This document shows, piece after piece, positions 23,776-31,516 of a stretch of 32,000 nucleotides of DNA. This stretch comes from Pyrobaculum calidifontis JCM 11548 (GTDB taxonomy: Archaea > Thermoproteota > Thermoprotei > Thermoproteales > Thermoproteaceae): NCBI RefSeq assembly GCF_000015805.1, contig NC_009073.1:510001-542000 (forward strand), given 5' to 3'. The position numbers and the translations under genes are program-made. Position 1 is the first letter of the stretch, and every line of letters begins with the position of its first letter. Below the pieces are notes generated by a model that did not search any database, was not told the origin of the DNA, and saw nothing but the letters and a program-made list of their open reading frames with translations.

Positions 23776-23791
23776 CGGCTTTGCCTAAGAG
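23776..23791 (+). other. tRNA-Val intron 1 (16 nt, canonical position 37/38; contains a GGC-uuu-GCC hairpin)
   Basis: Removing it restores a 7-nt anticodon loop between CCCGC and GCGGG. Confidence 0.75.
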
Positions 23792-23807
23792 CGCGGGTGA
23801 TCCCGGG

Positions 23808-23835
23808 AGGGCGGCGCAACGAGCCGACCCGGGAA
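23808..23835 (+). other. tRNA-Val intron 2 (28 nt, non-canonical, between T-stem and T-loop)
   Basis: Only excision of 23808-23835 yields CCGGG-TTCGAAT-CCCGG. The CCCGGGA sequence occurs at 23802-23808 and again at 23828-23834. The intron can fold as GGGCGGC-gcaacga-GCCG(a)CCC. Confidence 0.7.
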
Positions 23836-24027
23836 TTCGAATCCCGGCGGGCCCACCACGCACCTCACTCTCGTCTTTGATTGCGACAGGGGTAGAGGCT
23901 TGTGACAAAACGGCAGATCTGAGATATTGCCTTCGGCTGGGAATATCGGTGGAACCGCCGCCGTGGGGATTGTAAATTTCTGTAGACAGAGTCTGGCGAG
24001 GGTGTGCAATTGGCGGGCTCGGCGATC

Positions 24028-24186
24028 TCAAAACCGCCTTTGCGCTATCTCGCTTAAGAACTTGGCGAGGTGCGGGGCGGTGGCTTTTAGCTTGATGATG
24101 GCTGTTTCAACGTCGTCGGTGGGGCCTACGCCGTATTTCCAAAGCCCGTAGGCGTGAGGCCCCAACAACTCTAACACCGACGCCAT
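24028..24186 (-). CDS. Small hypothetical protein (52 aa from ATG 24186; 57 aa from ATG 24201)
   Basis: Below the ORF-track cutoff. Sequence MASVLELLGPHAYGLWKYGVGPTDDVETAIIKLKATAPHLAKFLSEIAQRRF. The TATA-like TTTTTTAAATT (24204-24215, minus strand) is centred ~23 nt upstream of ATG 24186. No recognisable motif. Confidence 0.35.
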   Translation of the reverse strand: MASVLELLGPHAYGLWKYGVGPTDDVETAIIKLKATAPHLAKFLSEIAQRRF

Positions 24187-24356
24187 GAGTACGCCGTACA
24201 TCCAATTTAAAAAATCCTCCGTAGCGCCTAGCCCCTGGCGGCCTATGGGGGGCTCTTCTAGCTGTTGATGTTTTCTTCTTGCGTTTAGTACGTTATTAGT
24301 CGAGATTTTTAGTTGGCTTTTATCGTTTTAGTTCTTTAAAGCTTTGAATTTGTAAA

Positions 24357-25595
24357 ATGGGTATGAGTGAGCAGAAGGTGTGTATAGAAACGTCTGGTAA
24401 AATTCTCCAGTCTCCATGTGGGCCGATTATCCACGGCTTAGAGGATGTTTTAGTAAAGACGACGTCTATTACGGACATCGATGGGGACAGGGGTATCCTG
24501 TGGATTAGGGGTTACAGGGTGGAGGAGCTGGCCGCGCATGGTAGCTACGAGGAGGTGGCATATCTGATTCTGCGCGGCAGACTGCCTAATAGGAGGGAGT
24601 TGCAGGAGTTCTCTGAGCGGCTGAAGGCGAGCCGGGAGCTGAGCCCAGCCGCTGTGGAGGTGTTGAGGTCTTTGGCCAAGGCGCATCCCATGTTTGCCCT
24701 AGAGGCGGCGGTGGCCGCCGAGGGGGCCTTTGATGAAGACAACCTGAAGCTGGCCGAGGCGTTGAGGGCTGGGCGTTATAAAGAGGAGGAGAAGGCGCTT
24801 GCTGTAAAAGTGGCTGAGAAGCTTGTGGCTAAGATTCCCACGATGATAGCGTATCACTACAGGTTTTCGCGCGGGCTTGAGCTTGTGAGGCCTAGGCATG
24901 ACCTTTCTCATGCCGCAAACTTCCTCTACATGATGTTTGGGAGAGAGCCTGACCCGCTGGCTGTCCGCGGCATAGATCTATACCTGATACTGCACTCGGA
25001 CCACGAGGTTCCAGCAAGCACCTTCACCGCGCTGGTTGTTGCCTCCACGTTGTCGGACATGTACTCGGCAGTTGCCGCGGCTGTGGGGGCCCTGAAGGGG
25101 CCTTTGCATGGGGGCGCCAACGAGGCGGCGGTGAAGAGCTATTTACAGATAGGCGACCCCTCTAAGGCAAAGGAGGTGGTTGAGGCGGCCACAAAGCCTG
25201 GGGGGCCTAAGCTAATGGGCGTTGGACACCGGGTGTATAAGGCGTATGACCCCCGCGCCAAAATATTCAGGGAGTTTAGCCAGGAGTATGTGAAAAAGTT
25301 CGGCGACCCCCAGAAGCTCTACGCCATCGCTGAGGCTATAGAGCGCGAGGTGCTTTCGTCGCCGTACTTCCAGCAGAGGCGGCTTTATCCCAATGTCGAC
25401 TTCTGGTCGGGGATAGCGTTCTACTACATGGGGGTGCCCTACGAGTATTTCACGCCCATATTCGCGGCCTCGAGGGTCGTGGGTTGGGTTGCCCACATAT
25501 TGGAGTACTGGGAGAACAACAGAATATTTAGGCCGAGGGCTTGCTACATGGGCCCCCACGACGTGCCCTATGTGCCAATAGACCAGAGAAGCTAA
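24357..25595 (+). CDS. gltA: Citrate synthase (or closely related 2-methylcitrate synthase)
   Basis: Motifs [17 protein letters not shown] and NVDFWSG. ATG 24357 or ATG 24363 could be the start. The CTTTAAAG box at 24334-24341 lies 25 nt from the latter. Confidence 0.9.
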   Translation: MGMSEQKVCIETSGKILQSPCGPIIHGLEDVLVKTTSITDIDGDRGILWIRGYRVEELAAHGSYEEVAYLILRGRLPNRRELQEFSERLKASRELSPAAVEVLRSLAKAHPMFALEAAVAAEGAFDEDNLKLAEALRAGRYKEEEKALAVKVAEKLVAKIPTMIAYHYRFSRGLELVRPRHDLSHAANFLYMMFGREPDPLAVRGIDLYLILHSDHEVPASTFTALVVASTLSDMYSAVAAAVGALKGPLHGGANEAAVKSYLQIGDPSKAKEVVEAATKPGGPKLMGVGHRVYKAYDPRAKIFREFSQEYVKKFGDPQKLYAIAEAIEREVLSSPYFQQRRLYPNVDFWSGIAFYYMGVPYEYFTPIFAASRVVGWVAHILEYWENNRIFRPRACYMGPHDVPYVPIDQRS

Positions 25596-26896
25596 GCTAT
25601 AATCCCCTCTTTCATCAACAGTTCTACAAGGCGTATGTTTTTCCCTATTATCTCTCTGGCGTGTTCAAGCTCTTCTTTGTAGGACTTTGGGATTCTGGCT
25701 ACTCTCTGGGCAGAGGCCGTGGCAGCGACGGCGGCAGCCTCTCGCACGTAGACCTCCCACTCGGTCATCTTGGGTATTATGTACTCCTCATTTATCCCCC
25801 TCTCCTCTGCGAATTTTGCCACTTCCTCGGCCGCCGCTATTAGCATCTCGTCTGTGATTGTGGTGGCTCTTACGTCTAGGGCTCCTCTGAAGACGGCTGG
25901 GAATATGAGGGAGTTGTTGACTTGGTTTGGAAAATCGCTTCTGCCAGTGGCCACAATCCTTGCTCCAGCCTCCTTTGCCTCCCATGGCCATATCTCTGGG
26001 ACTGGGTTTGCCAAGGCGAAGACTATCGCGTCTTTGTTCATTGAGGCGACCCACTCCTTCTTAATTACTCCAGGGCCCGGCCGCGAGGCGGCTATTACCA
26101 CGTCGACGCCTTTCATGGCCTCTGGTATGCCGCCCTTCCTCCTCTCGGCGTTTGTCTCAATTGCGTACTTGTACTTCCACGGGTTTTCAATCATCATCTT
26201 GTCTATGTCTTCTCTCTCTGGGTGTAGTATGCCCCTGCTGTCTACCATGATGAGGTTGCCCGGCTTTGCGCCATATTTTATCAAAATGTTCGCAGTGTAT
26301 ATATTCGAGGCGCCGGCCCCAATGAGGGCTATGGTGACGTCGCTTATCTTCTTTCCCACGATCTTAAGCGCATTTATTAACGCGGCCAAAGTCGCCGTCG
26401 CCGTGCCTTGCTGATCGTCGTGCCACACTGGGATCTTTACCCTCTTCCTAAGCTCTTCTAGGAGGTAGAAACACTTGGGGGATTCTATATCCTCAAGGTT
26501 TATGCCCCCCAACGCGGGCTCTAGCGCTTGTGCAACAAAGAGGAACTCTTCTGGGGTCTTAACTCTGATAGGTAGGGGTATTGCGTCAACGCCTCCGAGG
26601 TATTTAAATATAAGTGCCTTTCCCTCCATAACTGGGTACGCGGCCTCTGGCCCTATGTTGCCCAGCCCCAGTACCCTGGTGCCGTCGGTTATAACGCCGA
26701 TGACGTTCCACCGGGAGGTTAGCTCAAATGAGAGGTCGGGCTCTTCGTGTATCCGTCTTGACACCTCTGCGATGCCAGGTGTGTAGTAAATTGCAAAATC
26801 GTCCATAGATCTTATAGGGACCTTGGGCATCACGGCGATTTTGCCTCCGTACTTCTTGTGTACTTCGACTGAAAGTCGATACCACTTATCTGCCAT
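25592..26896 (-). CDS. NAD(P)-dependent malic enzyme (short prokaryotic form)
   Basis: Motifs [39 protein letters not shown] and GAGASNI. Converges on citrate synthase with a 4-nt overlap. Confidence 0.9.
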   Translation of the reverse strand: MADKWYRLSVEVHKKYGGKIAVMPKVPIRSMDDFAIYYTPGIAEVSRRIHEEPDLSFELTSRWNVIGVITDGTRVLGLGNIGPEAAYPVMEGKALIFKYLGGVDAIPLPIRVKTPEEFLFVAQALEPALGGINLEDIESPKCFYLLEELRKRVKIPVWHDDQQGTATATLAALINALKIVGKKISDVTIALIGAGASNIYTANILIKYGAKPGNLIMVDSRGILHPEREDIDKMMIENPWKYKYAIETNAERRKGGIPEAMKGVDVVIAASRPGPGVIKKEWVASMNKDAIVFALANPVPEIWPWEAKEAGARIVATGRSDFPNQVNNSLIFPAVFRGALDVRATTITDEMLIAAAEEVAKFAEERGINEEYIIPKMTEWEVYVREAAAVAATASAQRVARIPKSYKEELEHAREIIGKNIRLVELLMKEGIIA

Positions 26897-26923
26897 GTCT
26901 AGAGAAAGAAATTAATATAATTA

Positions 26924-26940
26924 AGTATTTCGACCCATAT
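26924..26940 (+). repeat. Left copy of the imperfect direct repeat AGTATTTC-GACCCATAT
   Basis: The first 8 nt are identical to 27178-27185, and the shared AC..ATA blocks continue beyond them. Confidence 0.6.
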
Positions 26941-27177
26941 GAACACTAATAACAACAAATTGCGTATACATATAACTATATATAGCTCTACTCTTAATAG
27001 TGATATGATAATGTTAAAAAGTAAGAAGAGTAGCATTATTAAAAATATACCTAGTCAGAGAAAAAATGTATATTTATCAAAATTGAAAAATACAAAAAAA
27101 GTCATAAGAGTAAAAATCGTGAATATATATGGCAGAAGGATAGAAATTGATAAAGAAGTGTACAAATCTGGGTGGTT
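26941..27177. other. Anomalous AT-rich intergenic segment (~25% G+C) of unknown function
   Basis: Hand count gives 61 G+C in the 240 nt at 26941-27180, against 39/60 in the nearby coding stretch 26641-26700. A-tracts are on the plus strand. The only ORF (26939-27334) is Lys/Asn/Ile-rich and of low complexity. Confidence 0.7.
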
Positions 27178-27195
27178 AGTATTTCCACGGCATAG
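27178..27195 (+). repeat. Right copy of the imperfect direct repeat AGTATTTC-CACGGCATAG
   Basis: Lies 254 nt downstream of the left copy. Together the two copies bracket the AT-rich segment. Confidence 0.6.
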
Positions 27196-27332
27196 ATACG
27201 CCGCGGGGGTTGTACTCTTTGGAAAATTTGGCATAGTATCGGCGCCTAGTCTCCCTTCTACTTCGGCGCTTTTTGTGCCGCTAGATCTGCCGATTATCCA
27301 CCTCTTAGACGTGGTCGTTGACGACTTCTACT

Positions 27333-27343
27333 AAGCTTATAAA
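27333..27343 (+). promoter_or_regulatory. Orphan promoter-like element AAGCTTATAAA, identical over 11 nt to the tRNA-Val promoter
   Basis: No plus-strand gene follows it. The predicted TSS of ~27364 coincides with the start of the C/D-like candidate. Confidence 0.35.
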
Positions 27344-27363
27344 TGGGTTTGTCCGCGGTGTGT

Positions 27364-27412
27364 GTGATTGAGAGGTTTCCGGAGCGATAGGTGAGCGGGC
27401 CGACGATGCTGA
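27364..27412 (+). ncRNA. Weak candidate C/D-box-like sRNA (degenerate boxes)
   Basis: Layout: GTGATTGA - 12 nt - GCGA - TA - GGTGAGC - 12 nt - CTGA. It starts ~25 nt downstream of the orphan AAGCTTATAAA box and ends at the egsA stop codon. The spacing fits a C/D sRNA but the C, D' and C' boxes deviate from consensus. Confidence 0.2.
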
Positions 27413-28970
<1,558 letters not shown>

Positions 28971-29121
28971 AGGCCCCTTAATAGATAATTATTTAAGACT
29001 TCTGTCCCCTGGCTCTCAGGAACTTCTATGTTTATCCATGGAGATCCTTTTCTAGTCTCTGTGTTGTGCTCAAAATTTCTCCTTGGTAATTTCCAACATT
29101 ACATTTCAATAATTTGTCACT

Positions 29122-29131
29122 GTGATATCAC
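29122..29131. repeat. 10-bp perfect palindrome GTGATATCAC in an AT-rich intergenic region
   Basis: Self-complementary as read. TCACT words recur nearby at 29117, 29128 and 29174. Confidence 0.7.
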
Positions 29132-29216
29132 TTAATTTTTTACTAATTTCATAAATTTATGTTAGTAATTTTTTCACTTTCTGGCACGGCTATATGGACT
29201 CATTCCATGACATTAC

Positions 29217-29870
29217 TTAACTCTTAGATTTTAAAATATTATTAATTGTCATAAATTTTGTCTTAGGCGAATCTGCTTGTGTTACTGCTCTTCCTACTAT
29301 AATTATGTCTATGGACTTCCCGCTCTTTACCACATACTCTATCTCTTTTTCAGTCAACCCTCCTGCGATGCCTACCCCCACGCCGCCCTCCTTCACCCTG
29401 TACGCGAGGTCTAGGAGTTCCTCAAATCTTAGCCCAGCTCTCTTTTGCACGTCTATGCCTAGGTGGAAAACGAAAAGGTCGGGTGTCGCCACTCTGAGTA
29501 TCTCCTTTGCTCTCTCCACGGGGTTTGCCACGCCTATTAAGTCCACGGCCGTTTTGAGCCCAATTCTCTTGCCCTCTCTTACAAACTCCTCTATTGTCTC
29601 CATGTTTGTTGCCCCAAGGACCGTGGCCCAGTCTGCGCCAAACTCCCTGGCTAGACTAGCTTCAAGCGCGCCTACGTCGGCGGTCTTTAAATCGGCTACA
29701 ACCTCGGCGCGTGGGCAAGCGGCTTTTAATGCGCCAACTACTGGGAGGCCGTACATTTTTATTAGCGGGGTGCCTGCCTCCACTATCTCAAGCCCTACTT
29801 CGCACAAGTCTCGGGTTAGGGCAATTGCCTTCCTCAAATCTACGAGGTCTAGCGCAACTTGTAGTTTCAC
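29217..29870 (-). CDS. 3-hexulose-6-phosphate synthase-like (OMP decarboxylase superfamily)
   Basis: VKLQVALDL at the N-terminus, then VEAGTPLIK, ADLKTADVG and IIIVGRAVT. The track start at 29957 adds 29 residues. GTG 29870 gives the canonical N-terminus. Confidence 0.7.
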   Translation of the reverse strand: MKLQVALDLVDLRKAIALTRDLCEVGLEIVEAGTPLIKMYGLPVVGALKAACPRAEVVADLKTADVGALEASLAREFGADWATVLGATNMETIEEFVREGKRIGLKTAVDLIGVANPVERAKEILRVATPDLFVFHLGIDVQKRAGLRFEELLDLAYRVKEGGVGVGIAGGLTEKEIEYVVKSGKSIDIIIVGRAVTQADSPKTKFMTINNILKSKS

Positions 29871-29888
29871 GCGGCTATAAACCAAACA

Positions 29889-29897
29889 CTTTAAAAG
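29889..29897. promoter_or_regulatory. Near-palindromic TATA element CTTTAAAAG between the divergent HPS-like and archease genes
   Basis: The centre at 29893 lies 23 nt from GTG 29870 (-) and 23 nt from GTG 29916 (+). Confidence 0.5.
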
Positions 29898-29915
29898 TAG
29901 TCTCCTACGCTGTTT

Positions 29916-30359
29916 GTGTCCTGTAGAAAACCAGCCAACTACAGATATGGAGAACACACGGCTGATGTGTTGGTTCAGGCGTTTGGGTGTACGCTTGAGG
30001 AGGCGTTTAAGAACGCGGCGGTGGCCTTAGCCGATCTCACGTACTACAGCGAGAGGGTGGAGCCGCGTATGGCTAAAAAGGTCGAGGTTGAGTACGACGA
30101 CCTAGAGGGCCTACTGTTTAAGTGGATAGACGAGCTGCTCTTCCTCTTTGACGCGGAGAAGTTCGCCTGGGGTAGGAATATTGAAGTTGAGCTAAGACAG
30201 GGGGTGGGCTACAGGATTTCTGCCACGTTGCACGGCGAGATGTACGACATCAACAAACACGGATTTACTGGCCTTATCGTAAAGGCCATGACTTTTCACA
30301 TGATGGAGATTAAGAAGGTGGACGACTATTGGGTTCTTCAATACGTCGTTGATATATGA
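29916..30359 (+). CDS. Archease (RtcB-ligase activating chaperone family)
   Basis: [14 protein letters not shown] at the N-terminus and [10 protein letters not shown] near the C-terminus, ~147 aa. GTG is the only start codon upstream of the conserved motif. Confidence 0.85.
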   Translation: MSCRKPANYRYGEHTADVLVQAFGCTLEEAFKNAAVALADLTYYSERVEPRMAKKVEVEYDDLEGLLFKWIDELLFLFDAEKFAWGRNIEVELRQGVGYRISATLHGEMYDINKHGFTGLIVKAMTFHMMEIKKVDDYWVLQYVVDI

Positions 30360-30751
30360 GACTCGACGAGGTGGGTGAGCGCATAGTTCTCCCGACTCCG
30401 GTGCGCACTGTAAAACAAGCTGCGCAAGCGGTGGGGGTCTCCGAGGACAAAATTGTAAAAACGCTCGTAGTTAAATGTGGAGAAGAGTATCGGGCGTACA
30501 TATTAAGGGGGACTAAGCGCTTGGACTTAGACAAATTGGGGTGTCGCATGGCTACCCCAGGGGAGGTGGCCGAGGTAACCGGGTATAACGTGGGCGGGGT
30601 GCCGCCGGTTCTAAGAATTCCAGTGTACATAGATAGAGAGCTCTTGGCCGAGGATTACGTCTACGGAGGGGGAGGCGACGAGTACAGCCTCCTGCGGTTT
30701 AGGCCCGCCGAGCTGGTCGAAAGGGGTTTAGCGACGCCAGTGGATATCTAG
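30356..30751 (+). CDS. YbaK/ProX-type aminoacyl-tRNA deacylase (trans-editing) domain protein
   Basis: VKTLVVK..., RLDLDKL... and GYNVGGVPP motifs. The ATG overlaps the archease stop (ATGA). Confidence 0.7.
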   Translation: MRLDEVGERIVLPTPVRTVKQAAQAVGVSEDKIVKTLVVKCGEEYRAYILRGTKRLDLDKLGCRMATPGEVAEVTGYNVGGVPPVLRIPVYIDRELLAEDYVYGGGGDEYSLLRFRPAELVERGLATPVDI

Positions 30752-30825
30752 ATTACTTCTATCTCTTCTTTGAGGTGTTCCAGTGGCCTTTTCTTGGCCC
30801 CGAAGATCTTCCACAGTAGCTTCAT
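30748..30825 (-). CDS. Possible micro-ORF (25 aa, [25 protein letters not shown])
   Basis: The only support is a TATA-like TTTAATAC (30845-30852, minus strand) centred 23 nt upstream of the ATG, the same spacing seen for real genes here. Its 3' end overlaps the ybaK-like stop. Confidence 0.2.
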   Translation of the reverse strand: MKLLWKIFGAKKRPLEHLKEEIEVI

Positions 30826-30877
30826 GAATCAACCCGCTGTATGAGTATTAAATGGCCAGGTTTAATTTGTGTATTGG

Positions 30878-30887
30878 TAATTTTAAT
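30878..30887 (+). promoter_or_regulatory. TATA-like box (TAATTTTAAT) for the zinc-ribbon gene
   Basis: Centred 23.5 nt upstream of GTG 30906. Confidence 0.4.
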
Positions 30888-30905
30888 CTGGCGGATAGGA
30901 ATCAT

Positions 30906-31133
30906 GTGGAGGCAGCGGTGGCTACTACATACCGTTGCCCCTTGTGTGGGGGGGCGTTGGAACTTATGGAAGATGGTAGGTACCTCTGGTTTGGGTGTTG
31001 GAGGTGTAAGATATATGTGAGAAGGGAGAAGGGGGAATTGGCGAAAAAGTTTGTGGATTATAGACGTAGGAGGTTTATGTGGAGTCAGATGATGGAGGAG
31101 CTCTATCGAATCTTCATGTCGCCTGTTGGCTAA
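30906..31133 (+). CDS. Small zinc-ribbon protein (CPLC...CWRC), function unknown
   Basis: Four Cys arranged as CxxC-X17-CxxC. The track start at ATG 30852 lies within promoter-like AT-rich DNA. GTG 30906 lies 23-24 nt from TAATTTTAAT (30878-30887). Confidence 0.5.
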   Translation: MEAAVATTYRCPLCGGALELMEDGRYLWFGCWRCKIYVRREKGELAKKFVDYRRRRFMWSQMMEELYRIFMSPVG

Positions 31134-31489
31134 TCTCCCCCCAGTTTGTACTCTCTGCCGTGTCGAACTATTCTCACCTCTGTTTTAACTGGCACTCTGA
31201 GGCCGGCTCTTAGTAGCATTTGGTAAAGCTCGTAGTCGGCTAGCTCCTTTATAACTCCCTGTAGGTGGAGTTCTGCTATTTTTCTGAATAGCGGAAGCAC
31301 ATACGGCTTGTACAGCTCAAGCGCGTTGTTTATAATTTCCTCTGCTCTATCTCCCTTTGTGATCTGTCTTACTATTCTTATGACCTCCTCGTCCGTTAAT
31401 GTCTTCCGCTGTGGTTGCGCGACTTCCCTGAGCTGGGTCTTTGCCAATTCTAGCGCCTTTTTCCTGAGGATGTTGTCGATCTCGTCCAC
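31130..31489 (-). CDS. PDCD5/TFAR19-like double-stranded-DNA-binding protein
   Basis: N-terminal LRKKALELAKTQL and a C-terminal GVIKELADYELYQMLLRAGL...VRIVR pattern, as in archaeal PDCD5 homologues. GTG start with GATTTAATACC (31505-31515, minus strand) 22 nt upstream. Confidence 0.65.
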   Translation of the reverse strand: MDEIDNILRKKALELAKTQLREVAQPQRKTLTDEEVIRIVRQITKGDRAEEIINNALELYKPYVLPLFRKIAELHLQGVIKELADYELYQMLLRAGLRVPVKTEVRIVRHGREYKLGGD

Positions 31490-31516
31490 GGCTGTTAACT
31501 GGCTCGGTATTAAATC

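Larger units (their letters stand above)
23740..23858 (+). tRNA. tRNA-Val (anticodon CAC) with two introns (canonical 37/38 and T-arm 53/54) and a genomically encoded CCA
   Basis: Acceptor GGGCCCG/CGGGCCC, discriminator A, then CCA. Anticodon stem CCCGC/GCGGG with loop CTCACG[16-nt intron]C. Variable region TGATC. T-stem CCGGG[28-nt intron]TTCGAAT-CCCGG. The spliced length is 72 nt plus CCA. TATA-like CTTATAAA (23711-23718) lies ~25 nt upstream. Confidence 0.85.

Noticed and set aside
23877-23922. C/D-box-like layout just downstream of tRNA-Val (TTGATTG - 12 nt - AGGC - TTGTGAC - 12 nt - CTGA)
   Set aside because: Only the terminal CTGA is canonical. The C and C' boxes lack the second GA, and there is no D'-C' spacer. 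This is too degenerate to call without expression data.
23721-24031. 84-, 86- and 74-aa ORFs overlapping tRNA-Val and its downstream spacer
   Set aside because: They run through the tRNA gene and its introns on both strands. They have no promoter spacing and no motifs.
27183-27209. Origin-recognition-box-like sequence TCCACGGCATAGATACGCCGCGGGGGT next to the AT-rich segment
   Set aside because: It resembles crenarchaeal ORB elements only in the TCCAC core and a G-string, and the spacing is wrong. I found no second inverted copy on the other side and no orc1/cdc6 gene nearby. I keep it only as a weak alternative inside the AT-rich-segment finding.
27229-27245. GGCATAGTATCGGCGCC as a repeat of GGCATAGATACGCCGCG (27189-27205)
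   Set aside because: The similarity is real but imperfect, and there is only a single pair. It may be part of the same degenerate repeat family as the flanking direct repeats. This is not enough to call a binding-site array.
26939-27334. 131-aa plus-strand ORF spanning the AT-rich segment
   Set aside because: The first ~80 residues are low-complexity Lys/Asn/Ile, as expected from translating ~25% G+C DNA. There is no TATA at the usual spacing and no recognisable motif, and the composition is unlike every supported gene here. I treat it as non-coding, but flag the region itself as a finding.
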